Under the pieces are notes generated by a model. That model did not search any database. It was not told the origin of the DNA and saw only the letters and a list, made by a program, of their open reading frames with translations. Below, piece by piece: positions 8,959 to 18,794 of a DNA stretch of 52,491 nt. Each line of letters starts with the position of its first letter. Within the stretch, counting starts at the first letter, position 1. Position numbers and translations under genes: made by a program. The DNA comes from Chloroflexota bacterium (GTDB taxonomy: Bacteria; Chloroflexota; Limnocylindria; Limnocylindrales; CSP1-4): the NCBI GenBank assembly GCA_025358525.1, contig JANYJI010000185.1:1-52491 (forward strand), in the 5' to 3' direction.

Positions 8959-9998
8959 GCCACCTCCTGCTGCCAGTTGGACCAGTCCCCGATGAATTGG
9001 ACCTCATATGCGAGATCTATGCCGAACCGCCCTCCGACCTCCGCCCGTGCCAACTCGGCCAGGCGTCGGATATCGGCGGCGGTCGCGCCGCCCGCGTTGA
9101 CGATGAAGTTCGCGTGCTTCTCGCTTATCTGGGCCCCGCCGCTACGAGCCCCCTTGAGCCCGCAGGCGTCGATCAAGCGGCCCGCCGAGTCGCCCGGTGG
9201 GTTGCGGAAGACACTGCCCGCACTCGGCTGAGAAAGGGGCTGGTGCTCCTGGCGCCAGCGATGTATCTCCGCAAGCCTGGCCTTGATTGTCGTGGGATCT
9301 GCGCGGGATAGACGGAATGTGGCGCTCAAGACCACCTCGGCGACTCCGCCAGTCGCGCCCACCTGGACCCTCTCGTCGACTCTGGGTGCCGCGCTCCCAG
9401 CCCCCGTCGAATGCTTAAGGCGGCTGTCCCTGTACCCGAGGCCGAGCTGGGCCGCAGGCTCTACGACCTCCGTCCCGTCCGCGCGCAACACCGTGACCGA
9501 CTCCAGGACCGCAGCCACATCCGAGCCGTGGGCCCCGGCGTTGGCCCAGACTGCGCCGCCGACCGTGCCCGGAATCGCCAACCCGAACTCCAGGCCGGAG
9601 AGTCCAGCGTGCTGCGCCAGCGTCGCTGCCCGCGCCAGTGGCAAGCCTGCCTCGGCCATCAGGCGCTCAGTGTCGAACCGCGCGCCCTCGGCCCGATTGA
9701 GGATGACCAGGCCGCGCAGACCGGCATCGGCAACAACCACGTCGCTGCCGCGCCCCAATACGAGACACGGCAGACCGGCCGCACGAGAGAACCGAACGAG
9801 GGCCGCGAGCGAAGCCACATCCGTAGCCACGGCCATCAGATCGGCCGGGCCGCCGACCCGCATCGTAGTGTGCTTGGCGAGAGGTACGTTCAAGAGCGGG
9901 CGGATGCCCGTGGCATGCTCCAGCTTCACGGCCATGGCCGCTGTCGCGGCATCTCGGGCCGGGCCCTGCGCACCGGCTCCCCCGGCGTGGCCATTCAC
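8955..9998 (-). CDS. murB: UDP-N-acetylenolpyruvoylglucosamine reductase
   Basis: 347 aa. HTTMRVGGPADLM, LGRGSDVVV, PGTVGGAVWANAGAHG and PSAGSVFRNP motifs. 4-nt overlap with murG. Confidence 0.9.
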   Translation of the reverse strand: MNGHAGGAGAQGPARDAATAAMAVKLEHATGIRPLLNVPLAKHTTMRVGGPADLMAVATDVASLAALVRFSRAAGLPCLVLGRGSDVVVADAGLRGLVILNRAEGARFDTERLMAEAGLPLARAATLAQHAGLSGLEFGLAIPGTVGGAVWANAGAHGSDVAAVLESVTVLRADGTEVVEPAAQLGLGYRDSRLKHSTGAGSAAPRVDERVQVGATGGVAEVVLSATFRLSRADPTTIKARLAEIHRWRQEHQPLSQPSAGSVFRNPPGDSAGRLIDACGLKGARSGGAQISEKHANFIVNAGGATAADIRRLAELARAEVGGRFGIDLAYEVQFIGDWSNWQQEVA

Positions 9999-11149
9999 CC
10001 CGCCACCCCGCGAGACATGGCCTCCAGCCGGGCCGGGGCCGGCAGAGGCCGCCCTTCGGCGGCGGCCATTACCAGCTCCGCGACTGCGTCCGCGGCACCC
10101 GGCCGGGCCAGAGAGCGGGCCGCCGCGGCCATTTCGCCGTGGGTCCTGGCGTCGTCGAGCATGGCGGCAGCGGCCAGCAAGGCCGCGGCGTCGAAATCGG
10201 CGTCCTCCACCAGCCGTGCGGCGCCGGACCGGACCATTTCCTCGGCGTTGCGGTGCTGATGCCCGGCCGCGTGCGGGTACGGCACCACGACCATCGGCAG
10301 CCCAAAGGCCGCTACTTCAGCCAGGGTGGAGGACCCCGCCCGACCGACAACCAGGTCGGCGGCCGCAAGGGCGAGCGTCATTTCGTCCGCCAGGAATCGC
10401 TCCGGGCCGTATCGCTCGCGGAGCGACTCGGGCAGCGCGGCTCTCCCAGCCAGCGCCTCGTCGTAGCCGGCATCGCCGGTGACGTGGATGACCCGAACCC
10501 GTTCCACGAGTCGCGGCAGGGCCTCTGCCACCGCCGCGTTGAAGCGTCGGACTGCCTGGGAGCCGCCGAAGATCAGCAGGAGTTTCTCGCCGGCCGCGAC
10601 TCCGAGGGCCGTCCGGGCATCAACCCGGCTCACACTCCGAGGGTCTCGGATCGGCGTGCCCGTGACGAAACATGGCCGCTTCCTTCCGGCAAGGGAAAGG
10701 CAGGTCGAATCGAAGGTAACCGCGAGGCTGCCAGCCAGGCGTGCCGTGGCGCGCACGCTTCGACCGGGCACGACATTGCCGTCCCACATGACCACCGGAA
10801 TCCTGAGAACCGAGGCCGCCACAAGGACCGGCAAGGCAACGTAGCCGCCGGTCGTGAAGATCGCGGCCGGACGCCGCAAGACGAGCAGCAACATAGCCTG
10901 GGGCACCGAGAGCGAGAGCCGGATTGGGTCGAGGACGACATGTATGTCCAGGTCAACAGATCTCAGGGAGCGCACGAGCAGCCGCCGGAACGGTATCCCG
11001 GTTCCGGGGAGCACCTGGGCCTCGAGGCCCCGATGGCCTCCAATCCAGCTCAGGACTGGCGCGTTGGACCTAGCCTGAAGCGATCGGGCCACGGCGAGAG
11101 CCGGGTATATATGTCCCCCCGTACCCCCGCCCACTATCAGAAGTCGCAC
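9995..11149 (-). CDS. murG: undecaprenyldiphospho-muramoylpentapeptide beta-N-acetylglucosaminyltransferase
   Basis: G-loop LLIVGGGTGGHIYPALAVA, plus C-terminal GRAGSSTLAEVAAFGLPMVVVPYPHAAGHQHRNA. The track ORF starts at TTG 11200. I prefer GTG 11149 (VRLLIVGGG...). Any start overlaps the ftsW 3' end. Confidence 0.9.
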   Translation of the reverse strand: MRLLIVGGGTGGHIYPALAVARSLQARSNAPVLSWIGGHRGLEAQVLPGTGIPFRRLLVRSLRSVDLDIHVVLDPIRLSLSVPQAMLLLVLRRPAAIFTTGGYVALPVLVAASVLRIPVVMWDGNVVPGRSVRATARLAGSLAVTFDSTCLSLAGRKRPCFVTGTPIRDPRSVSRVDARTALGVAAGEKLLLIFGGSQAVRRFNAAVAEALPRLVERVRVIHVTGDAGYDEALAGRAALPESLRERYGPERFLADEMTLALAAADLVVGRAGSSTLAEVAAFGLPMVVVPYPHAAGHQHRNAEEMVRSGAARLVEDADFDAAALLAAAAMLDDARTHGEMAAAARSLARPGAADAVAELVMAAAEGRPLPAPARLEAMSRGVAG

Positions 11150-12407
11150 TACTCCAACCTCGTTCAACCGTCTCACGAGAGACGGAGAGCAGGATCCCAA
11201 CGGCGGCCAGACTAACGGTCAGAGATGAGCCGCCGGCCGAAACGAACGGCAGGGTGATGCCGGTAACCGGGACCACGGCAACGACAACGCCGATGTTGAT
11301 CAGCGCCTGGAAGCATATCCAAGCCGTGATGCCAGTTGCCATGAGCCCGCCGAATGTGTCGGGAGCCCGAATGGCAGTCCTCATTCCAGCGTAAGTGAAG
11401 GCGATGAAGAGGCCGATGACGACCGCGCCGCCGACCAGCCCCATCTCCTGAGCGATGACCGAGAATATGAAGTCGTTTACGTTCTGCGGAACCCAGATCG
11501 GGTCGTTGCCGAGGCCAGTTCCGAAGAGACCACCGGCGCTGAGAGCCTCCAATCCCTGGACCGTTTGGTAGCCGCTGCCGGCTGCGTGCGCCCATGGATC
11601 GAACAGGGTCTGGATGCGTTGTAGCGGGTAGCTTCCCGCCAATACGACCAGCGTGCCACCGCCGATACCTGCCAGCCCGGCGAGAACCAGGTGGAAGTAG
11701 TTCGCTCCGGCGACAAAGTACAGCGAGAAAGCGATTAGTACGATGACGCTGGTCGTCCCCAGGTCTGGCTCGCGGACGACCAGGAGCAGAAACGGGATGA
11801 CGATGATGGCGAAGGGCACGGACCCCTTCCAGAAGCTGCGGATGCCCTTCCCGCGCGTGGCCAGCCAATGGGATAGGTATACCACCAGAGCGAGCTTAGC
11901 CACCTCGGCGGGATGGATGTCCGGGAGAAACGGGCCCATGTGGAGCCAGCGGGCCGATCCATTGACCGAAACGACCAGCCCTTTGAGTGGCCCAGGCAGG
12001 GGCACGAGAACGATCAGAAGCAGGACCAGGGCCAGGACGGCCAGCGGAACGCTGGCAATCCGGAGGTAGCGGTAATCGATCCTCATCAGGACAAACATCG
12101 CGCCAATACCCAGCAGTCCCGCCAGGACCTGTGGCGCGACCAGCTGGAAGGTGTTCTGGCTGAGTCGGTATGACGGGATGGCAGACGCGGAGTAGACCAT
12201 CAGGATGCCAATGGCCGAGAGTGCCATCACCGTTACCAGAATGATGTAGTCGGGCTCGTGGGCCTCGCGCGTGAAGGCGCTCGGATTCTCCAGAATGCTG
12301 GTCTGGCTACGACTGGCCTCACTCGGTCGACTCGGACCGCTGATCCGGCGGACCCGCTCGCGGCCCAGCGCCTGATCCTCGCGGTCCCAACGGTAGCGGC
12401 TTCTCAT
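11070..12407 (-). CDS. ftsW: SEDS-family lipid II flippase/peptidoglycan polymerase FtsW
   Basis: 445 aa, polytopic. RWLHMGPF..QPAEVAKLALVVYLS and GITLPFVSAGGSSL motifs. The start overlaps the murD stop by 4 nt. Confidence 0.9.
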   Translation of the reverse strand: MRSRYRWDREDQALGRERVRRISGPSRPSEASRSQTSILENPSAFTREAHEPDYIILVTVMALSAIGILMVYSASAIPSYRLSQNTFQLVAPQVLAGLLGIGAMFVLMRIDYRYLRIASVPLAVLALVLLLIVLVPLPGPLKGLVVSVNGSARWLHMGPFLPDIHPAEVAKLALVVYLSHWLATRGKGIRSFWKGSVPFAIIVIPFLLLVVREPDLGTTSVIVLIAFSLYFVAGANYFHLVLAGLAGIGGGTLVVLAGSYPLQRIQTLFDPWAHAAGSGYQTVQGLEALSAGGLFGTGLGNDPIWVPQNVNDFIFSVIAQEMGLVGGAVVIGLFIAFTYAGMRTAIRAPDTFGGLMATGITAWICFQALINIGVVVAVVPVTGITLPFVSAGGSSLTVSLAAVGILLSVSRETVERGWSSATSDSGRGYGGTYIPGSRRGPIASG

Positions 12408-13969
12408 CCGTGGGCCTCCGCGCCCCGTTTTCTTTCGGTCAGGGCGGACACAGCCTCCCTGAAGGCGCGTCCACGCGCTGCGTAGTCCACGAACATATCG
12501 AAGCTGGCCGCGGCAGGGCTCATCAACACGGTCGCGAACCGACCAGGATTGGAGGCGCCGGCCCGGGCCTGCAGCTCGCGAGCTATCTCGTCGGCGCGGG
12601 TCACAGCTTCTGCGAGCGTGCCCGCCATTTCGACTCGGGCCAGCCCGCTGGCGCGAAACATTGCCGCCAGGGTCGGCCCTGACTCGCCGATCAGGACCGC
12701 CGCATCTGCCCGCTCCGCGGCTACTGGACCGAGCCCGGACATGTCGATGCCCTTGTCGCGGCCTCCGGCGATCAGGATCAGGGGCCGGGGGAAGGAGCGA
12801 AGAGCGGCCATGACAGCGTCCGGCTGCGTGGCCTGGGAATCGTTGATGAAACGAACGCCATCGACGACCGCGACCTGCTCGAGGCGATGCTCGACACCGG
12901 TGAAGGCCCGCGCGGCACTCCGAATCGCGTCCGGGGCCAGGCCAAAGAGGAGGGCCGTGGCCACTGCCGCCATGGCATTTGAGACGTTGTGATCGCCGGG
13001 AATGGCCAGCTCATCAACCGGCATGATGCGGCCGCTTGAACCCACACCGGCGGCCCCACCGCCCGCGACCGCCAGCCGCTGAACGCCACGGGTCACCATC
13101 CAGCCGTCCTCGAGGCCGATTCCGACAGATTCCGGGAGCCCGCGGCGATACGTCACGACGGGCGCGGTTCGCAACTGAGCGTAGCCGGCCACGACCGGAT
13201 CATCGGCGTTCAGGACCAGGGCGCCGTGGGGGTCAACCAGTTCGGCCAGCCGGCGCTTCACCCGGCGGTACGCCTCGAGGGAGCCATGGCGGTCGAGGTG
13301 GTCGGACGTGACGTTGGTGTAGAGCCCGACCGTGGTCCCGCGTGAGAGGGTCGGCAGCTGGAGCTCGGACAGCTCGATGACAACTCGATGCCCAGGGGTC
13401 AGTTCGGGCAGGCGCTCCACGAGCGGGACGCCGATGTTGCCGCCCAGGATGACCGGGTGGGCCGGATCGCTCGCGAGCAGCGCGGCCGTCAGAGACGAAG
13501 TCGTGGTCTTGCCCTTGGTGCCCGTGACGCCGATCGTAGGGCAAGGGCACAGCCGCAGAACCAGGTCCGGCTCGCTGACCAGGGCGGGGGCCCCGAGCGG
13601 GTCGGCTCGGTGCGCGTCCACGACTGCCCGAAGGGCCACCCGCAGGCGCGGCTCGGCCGTGGGGAAGTCGGGGTTGATACTGGGCGAAGTCGCGAGCAGG
13701 TCAGCTTGGGCCCAGGTGGTCGCCGGATCGATCTCCGGGCCGAGTCGCAGAGCAACCGCTCGATCGCCGAGCGAATCGATCGCCTCCGTAAGTTCGCTGG
13801 CCGGCCGGCCGTCGTAAACCGTGACGCGAGCCCCGGCGTCGGCAAAGAAGCGGGCCAGAGCTACGCCGCTCCGCGCAAGCCCCAGGACCGTGACTGATCG
13901 GCCCTCTAGGACGCCCTCGCGAACTCCGGTCGCCGACAGTCGATCGAGATCGACGACCCGCCGCGCCAC
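12404..13969 (-). CDS. murD: UDP-N-acetylmuramoylalanine--D-glutamate ligase
   Basis: VTVLGLARSGVALARFF, IGVTGTKGKTTTSS and LMSPAAASFDMFVDYAARGRAF motifs. The track ORF (to 14653) reads through mraY out of frame. I trimmed it to GTG 13969, 2 nt after the mraY stop; the exact start is uncertain. Confidence 0.88.
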   Translation of the reverse strand: MARRVVDLDRLSATGVREGVLEGRSVTVLGLARSGVALARFFADAGARVTVYDGRPASELTEAIDSLGDRAVALRLGPEIDPATTWAQADLLATSPSINPDFPTAEPRLRVALRAVVDAHRADPLGAPALVSEPDLVLRLCPCPTIGVTGTKGKTTTSSLTAALLASDPAHPVILGGNIGVPLVERLPELTPGHRVVIELSELQLPTLSRGTTVGLYTNVTSDHLDRHGSLEAYRRVKRRLAELVDPHGALVLNADDPVVAGYAQLRTAPVVTYRRGLPESVGIGLEDGWMVTRGVQRLAVAGGGAAGVGSSGRIMPVDELAIPGDHNVSNAMAAVATALLFGLAPDAIRSAARAFTGVEHRLEQVAVVDGVRFINDSQATQPDAVMAALRSFPRPLILIAGGRDKGIDMSGLGPVAAERADAAVLIGESGPTLAAMFRASGLARVEMAGTLAEAVTRADEIARELQARAGASNPGRFATVLMSPAAASFDMFVDYAARGRAFREAVSALTERKRGAEAHG

Positions 13970-13971
13970 AG

Positions 13972-14994
13972 CTACTTGGGAATGGAGGCGACGAAGAGTG
14001 TCACCCCCATCATTCCGGCGAGCGCGCCCACGATCCAGAAGCGCATGGTGATCTTCTCCTCGTCCCAGCCACCCAGCTCGAAGTGATGGTGCAGCGGGGC
14101 CATCCGGAATATGCGCTTGCCGCGCAGTTTGTAGCTCCCCACCTGGATGATGTCCGACGCCGCCTCCATCACAAAGATAATGCCGATGAGCGGCAGGATC
14201 AGGACTTGCCCGGTCATGAGCGCCGTGACCGCCAGCATGCCACCGAGCGACAACGCGCCGGAATCGCCCATGAACACCTGCGCTGGGTGAACGTTGAACC
14301 ACAGGAAGCCCATGAGCGCGCCGATGACGATGGCGTTGACCATGGCCAGGTTTGGCTGAAGGGGCTGGTTGAGCAGGGCGATGATCAGGAAGCTGATGAA
14401 GGCGAAGACGAGCGTGCCGCCGGCCAGGCCATCGAGGCCATCCGTCAGATTGACGCCGTTGCTGCAGCCGACGATGGCGATGACGGCCACCACGATGAAG
14501 ACGATGGCCCCGAGTTCCACGCTGTGGCCTACGAAGGGGATCGGGATCTGGGTCGTGTCGACGCGGTCGCCGAGGAACGGAACGCGGAGGCCGTTGAAAC
14601 CAAAGTGGTTCTGGACATAGACCGCGACGGCGATCGCAACCACCAGCTGCCATAGGATCTTGTGACGGCCACGAATGCCGATGCCGGTTCGGGCGTTGAG
14701 GTAGTCATCGACCGCGCCCAGGGCCCCTACGAGCGCCAGAACGAACAGCGGCGAGTATGTCGAGGCGTCATAGGCGTTGAAGACGGTGGCGAGGGCCAGG
14801 ACGACGAACACGATCAAGACGCCGCCCATCGTCGGCGTTCCCTGTTTGACTAGGTGGGTGTCAGGTCCGTCTTGACGTATCTGCTTGCCCATGCCGAGCC
14901 AGCGCAGGAGACGCAGGAACGGGGGCATGAGAATTACCATGCAGGCGAAAGCGAGCAGCAGTCCCTGGATGAACTCGACTCCGTGTTCTCTCAC
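13972..14994 (-). CDS. mraY: phospho-N-acetylmuramoyl-pentapeptide transferase
   Basis: 340 aa. GTPTMGGVLIV, NGVNLTDGLDGLA, GDSGALSLGG and MAPLHHHFE motifs. Confidence 0.95.
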   Translation of the reverse strand: MREHGVEFIQGLLLAFACMVILMPPFLRLLRWLGMGKQIRQDGPDTHLVKQGTPTMGGVLIVFVVLALATVFNAYDASTYSPLFVLALVGALGAVDDYLNARTGIGIRGRHKILWQLVVAIAVAVYVQNHFGFNGLRVPFLGDRVDTTQIPIPFVGHSVELGAIVFIVVAVIAIVGCSNGVNLTDGLDGLAGGTLVFAFISFLIIALLNQPLQPNLAMVNAIVIGALMGFLWFNVHPAQVFMGDSGALSLGGMLAVTALMTGQVLILPLIGIIFVMEAASDIIQVGSYKLRGKRIFRMAPLHHHFELGGWDEEKITMRFWIVGALAGMMGVTLFVASIPK

Positions 14995-16538
14995 GACACC
15001 TCCTGACCAGGCGGGCCCACCCCTCCATCTGCGTCGCCACCGGCAGTCCAGCCCCCGAAACGTGCTTGCAGGGCCTCAACAACTAGCTCGAGCGCCGCGC
15101 CGCGCGACCCCTTGACCAGGACGGTATCCCCCTGGCGGAGGCGCTTTCGAAGGACCGCCATGGCGGCCTCGCGGTCCGGGACCAGTACGACCCTATCACC
15201 GATCGCCGCCGCTCCCGCGGCAATGCCACTTGCTGCGCCCCCAATGATGATGAGCTCATCGACTGACCGAGCGGCCGCCGAGCCAACCTCACGGTGGCCA
15301 CGCTCATGCGCCTCTCCGAGCTCCCGCATCTCACCCAGAACCGCGACATGGCGGCCGGGCAGACTCGAGAGTAGCTCCAGCGCCGCGAGCATCGAGGCCG
15401 GCGAGGCATTGTACGTGTCATCGAGGATGGTCAGGCCGCGGAGTCGGACTATCTGATCGCGGTGGGCGGCCTGCCAGCCCTGGCGGAGACCGGCCGCGAT
15501 CAAGTCCAGATCCAGCCGAGCCGCCACTCCGACAGCCGCCGCGGCAAGTCCGTTGTGGACGCCGTGGCGGCCCAGGACCGGGGTCGCTACAGGCAGGACG
15601 CCATTCGGCGTCACGAGGGTGAAGGCCATGCCATCGAGCCCGGCCGAGGCAACATCCTCGGCTCGGACGTCCGCCTCGGGCGAGAAGCCGTAGGTGAGGA
15701 CCCGGGCGGCAGTCCGCGTCCGCAACCGCACGACGCGGGGATCGTCGGCATTGAGGACCGCCGTCCCGTCGGCGGGCAGCGCCTCAACGAGTTCCGCCTT
15801 TGCCTCTGCGACTGCCTCGATGCTGCCGATGCGCGCGAGATGAACCTCGCGTATGGCCGTGACGACGCCGATGCGGGGCCTGGCGATGGCTGCCAGCTGG
15901 GCGATCTCACCGCCCACGTACATGCCCATCTCAAGGACCGCGGCTTCGTGCTGTGGGCCTAAGCGCAGCACCGTCAGCGGCAGGCCGATCTCGTTGTTGG
16001 CGTTGCCCTCGCTCTTGAGAGTGGCGTAGCGCTGCGCAAGGACGGCCGCGATCGCCTCCTTCGTCGAGGTCTTGGCGATGCTGCCAGTGACACCAACGAC
16101 CAGCGGCGAGAAGCGGTTGCGCCACGATGCGGCCACGGCGTGTAGCCCCAGCAGCGTGTCTGGCACGGCCACAATCGCCACTTCGGCGAGGGCCGCTGCA
16201 GCCGCCACGGCCGAGAGACCCGAATCGGCCTCCGGGCCATTCCCCACCAGGAGAGCGGCCGCGCCGGCGGCTACGGCCGCGCCGAGGAAGCGGTGGCCGT
16301 CGGTCGACTCGCCCGGCAGGGCGACGAAGAGACCGCCAGGCTCGATGAGACGCGAGTCGACGGCCGCACATCTGACGGGGCGGCCGGACGGGCGGAGAAG
16401 GCGCCCACCGGTGATTTCGGCTATCTCGATGGCGGTCAGGGCAGGCGGCCCGACTCCGGGCCGAAGCTCCCACGGGCGGGTGTCGGTCACGCCCTCAGTG
16501 TCGCACAGCCATGGGCGACCGGTGCGAGACTGGGCCAT
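14991..16538 (-). CDS. murF: UDP-N-acetylmuramoyl-tripeptide--D-alanyl-D-alanine ligase
   Basis: 515 aa. DSRLIEPGGLFVALPGESTDGHRF, VVGVTGSIAKTSTKE, DDTYNASPASM and a MurF-type C-terminal TVLVKGSRGAALE. No MurE DNPR motif. Confidence 0.9.
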   Translation of the reverse strand: MAQSRTGRPWLCDTEGVTDTRPWELRPGVGPPALTAIEIAEITGGRLLRPSGRPVRCAAVDSRLIEPGGLFVALPGESTDGHRFLGAAVAAGAAALLVGNGPEADSGLSAVAAAAALAEVAIVAVPDTLLGLHAVAASWRNRFSPLVVGVTGSIAKTSTKEAIAAVLAQRYATLKSEGNANNEIGLPLTVLRLGPQHEAAVLEMGMYVGGEIAQLAAIARPRIGVVTAIREVHLARIGSIEAVAEAKAELVEALPADGTAVLNADDPRVVRLRTRTAARVLTYGFSPEADVRAEDVASAGLDGMAFTLVTPNGVLPVATPVLGRHGVHNGLAAAAVGVAARLDLDLIAAGLRQGWQAAHRDQIVRLRGLTILDDTYNASPASMLAALELLSSLPGRHVAVLGEMRELGEAHERGHREVGSAAARSVDELIIIGGAASGIAAGAAAIGDRVVLVPDREAAMAVLRKRLRQGDTVLVKGSRGAALELVVEALQARFGGWTAGGDADGGVGPPGQEVS

Positions 16539-16542
16539 CGCC

Positions 16543-18384
16543 TCACCCCAGGGACTTGGCTTTCTTCCCGCCCGGTGCGGCGGGGCCGGTCTTGGTGGGC
16601 TGGATCTTGAGCGTCACGACGGCGTCGGTCGCTACTCGGCGGAACAGCTCTGTCGACTGTACCGGCATGGCCAGGACGCCCTGGCCGATCTTTGTTGGCT
16701 TGCCCTCGTATATCACCACGCCGATCGTGACGTCGGGCGAGCTGTGGCCTACCCAGCCATAGAAGCTGTAGTTGTAGACATTGTCGATCCAAGCCCCCTT
16801 GCCGTGATCCAGGGCGGGATCCCAGATCTGGGCCGTGCCGGTCTTGCCGCCAACGTAGTAGTCCGGGATGTAGGTCGCCTGGTCGTACGACGGAACGGCC
16901 GTGACGACGTGCTGCATCAGCCCGACGAGGGAAGTGGACAGGCTCGAACTAATGACCTGCGTCTGCGGCGGCGAAGACAGCGCGGCGCCTGCGCCAGGAT
17001 CGAGGTCGGCGACGTGAGGTTTGATCTGGCGGCCGCCGTTGGCCATTTCGGAGTAGGCCTTGATAATCTGGATGGGCGGCACCGCTACGCCCTGGCCGAA
17101 TGAAGCGTTCGCGAGGTCGATCTGGCGCCAGGGCGTCTGCGCCGGGTCGCGGACCCAGTCGCTGCCGCTGATCTCGCCGGCGAGATCGATGCCGGTCTTG
17201 TGGCCGATTCCGTACGTCTGCCAGGTCTGATACAGGGTCGCCGCGGCCGCGTCGTTCGTCTTGCCCAGGCGGAAGGCGACCTGCGAGACGCCCACGTTTC
17301 GAGACCACGCGACGATGTCGGCGAAGGTCATCCAACCCTTTGCCTTGCGGTCGGCATCGGCAACTTCTTGTCCCCCGGGGAGCTTCAGGATGCCGTAGTC
17401 GTTGATCTTGGTCGTCAAAGACGTCGTCTTGGTCTGGAGAGCGGCGGAGGCAGTTAGCATCTTGAAGACGGAACCGGGCTCGTAGACCTCACTGATGATC
17501 GGATCCATGAATAGCGAAGGGTTCTGCGTGGCAACGACCTGGTAGAGGTTGGCGTCGTATGACGGGTAGCTTGCCTCGGCCAGGACGGCGCCCGTCTTGG
17601 GATCCATGACGATGGCTGAGACGGCCGTCGCCTTGTCGGCTGCCCACGTCGAAAAGACCTCCTGCTCGATTTGGAGCTGGAGGCCGACGTCGATCGTCGT
17701 CCGGATGTCCTCGCCCGGAGACCCCGGATCGATGACTCTCGTGCCAGCCGGGCCGGGCCTATACGGATCGACCTCTAGCTGCTCCGGCTTCCCGGCGAGC
17801 AACGAGTCGTACTGCTGCTCCAGGCCGTACTGGCCCTTGCCACCGGCGTTGACGAATCCCAAGAGATGGGCCGCCATCGAGGTGCGCGGTGCGCCGCCGC
17901 CCTGGGGGTAGACGCGGACCGGGGTGGGCTCAAGGGTGATCGCGCCGAAGGCGCCGTTGGCCTGCGCATCTGCGATCTCCTTGCCCACGTCCGCATCGAC
18001 GTTGGCGACCAGGGGGACGTAGTAGCCAGTGCCCGTCATTGCCTTGCGGAAGGCGGTGTCCGTGGCGCCAGTCAGTTCGAGGTAGTCGACCAGGGCCTCA
18101 GTGTCGCGCTTGCGCTCGGTGCCGCTGATGCTGTGGAGGTCGGCAACGATGCGATAGCGGTTGACCGTTTGCGCCAGGACGATGGTGCCGGTCCGGTCGT
18201 AGATGGTGCCGCGCCTGGCCGGCACGGTCAAATGGGTCTTCTGGGTCTGGTCGGCCAGAGACCCCAACTGCTGGTGCTGGTTGATCTGCCAGTAAGCCAG
18301 CCGTATCGTCATGCCGCTGGACAACAGCACCAGCACCGCAAACAGGAGCAGAAGACGGCCCTTAGAATCAGTCCGGCCGAGCAT
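16543..18384 (-). CDS. ftsI: class B penicillin-binding protein (FtsI/PBP2-type transpeptidase)
   Basis: 613 aa. N-terminal TM, then SxxK (SVFK), SxN (SRN) and KTGT (GGKTGTAQ) motifs in canonical order. Confidence 0.9.
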   Translation of the reverse strand: MLGRTDSKGRLLLLFAVLVLLSSGMTIRLAYWQINQHQQLGSLADQTQKTHLTVPARRGTIYDRTGTIVLAQTVNRYRIVADLHSISGTERKRDTEALVDYLELTGATDTAFRKAMTGTGYYVPLVANVDADVGKEIADAQANGAFGAITLEPTPVRVYPQGGGAPRTSMAAHLLGFVNAGGKGQYGLEQQYDSLLAGKPEQLEVDPYRPGPAGTRVIDPGSPGEDIRTTIDVGLQLQIEQEVFSTWAADKATAVSAIVMDPKTGAVLAEASYPSYDANLYQVVATQNPSLFMDPIISEVYEPGSVFKMLTASAALQTKTTSLTTKINDYGILKLPGGQEVADADRKAKGWMTFADIVAWSRNVGVSQVAFRLGKTNDAAAATLYQTWQTYGIGHKTGIDLAGEISGSDWVRDPAQTPWRQIDLANASFGQGVAVPPIQIIKAYSEMANGGRQIKPHVADLDPGAGAALSSPPQTQVISSSLSTSLVGLMQHVVTAVPSYDQATYIPDYYVGGKTGTAQIWDPALDHGKGAWIDNVYNYSFYGWVGHSSPDVTIGVVIYEGKPTKIGQGVLAMPVQSTELFRRVATDAVVTLKIQPTKTGPAAPGGKKAKSLG

Positions 18385-18398
18385 GGAAGGCTGCTACC

Positions 18399-18794
18399 TC
18401 AGCGCGCCGGGATGACGATCGGGGCGGGCAGTTGCGTCAGACCACCAGCGATAGCCTGTCGGCGAATGCTGGACTCCCTGCCAAACCGGCCGATGTCAGA
18501 AAGATCCTGCTGATGCTGGTTCTGGAGTTGTCGCCACTCGGCGTTGAACTGGCCAATGTCATACCCAGAGGCGGAGACGCGAACAGTCTGCACGAGTGAG
18601 AAGAAGCTCAGCAGGAAGGCCACGACGATCAGGCCGATGGCCACGCCGAAGAAGCGCGGCCGCTTGCGAGCACGCAGTGTGATGCGCGACGAGCGGCGAG
18701 AAAGCGCCGGAGCCTGGGGGCGCAGGAGGGGGGCCTCCAGGCGGCGGCGCGGCAAGAACGCTGAACGCGGGCGTGCACCCTCGTAGACGGCCAT
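18399..18794 (-). CDS. ftsL: FtsL-like bitopic division protein
   Basis: 131 aa from ATG 18794. Basic N-terminus, single TM (FFGVAIGLIVVAFLLSFFSLV), then a Q-rich helical segment (FNAEWRQLQNQHQQDL). Canonical position between rsmH and ftsI. The ATG overlaps the stop of the upstream 66-aa ORF (TGATG). Confidence 0.6.
   Translation of the reverse strand: MAVYEGARPRSAFLPRRRLEAPLLRPQAPALSRRSSRITLRARKRPRFFGVAIGLIVVAFLLSFFSLVQTVRVSASGYDIGQFNAEWRQLQNQHQQDLSDIGRFGRESSIRRQAIAGGLTQLPAPIVIPAR

Noticed and set aside
9283-11215. Long plus-strand ORFs (399, 282 and 358 aa) opposite murB/murG/ftsW
   Set aside because: These are antisense shadow ORFs of clearly identified minus-strand genes. The products are R/P/A/G-rich with no recognisable motifs, which is typical for high-GC DNA.
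12404-14653. 749-aa ORF in the track spanning murD and most of mraY
   Set aside because: Only the C-terminal ~520 aa are MurD. The N-terminal ~228 aa (R/P/H/G-rich) are an out-of-frame read-through of the bona fide mraY gene (13972-14994). I trimmed it to GTG 13969.
16072-17103. 343-aa plus-strand ORF opposite murF/ftsI
   Set aside because: It spans a gene boundary on the opposite strand and has low-complexity R/A/P-rich composition. Judged a shadow ORF.
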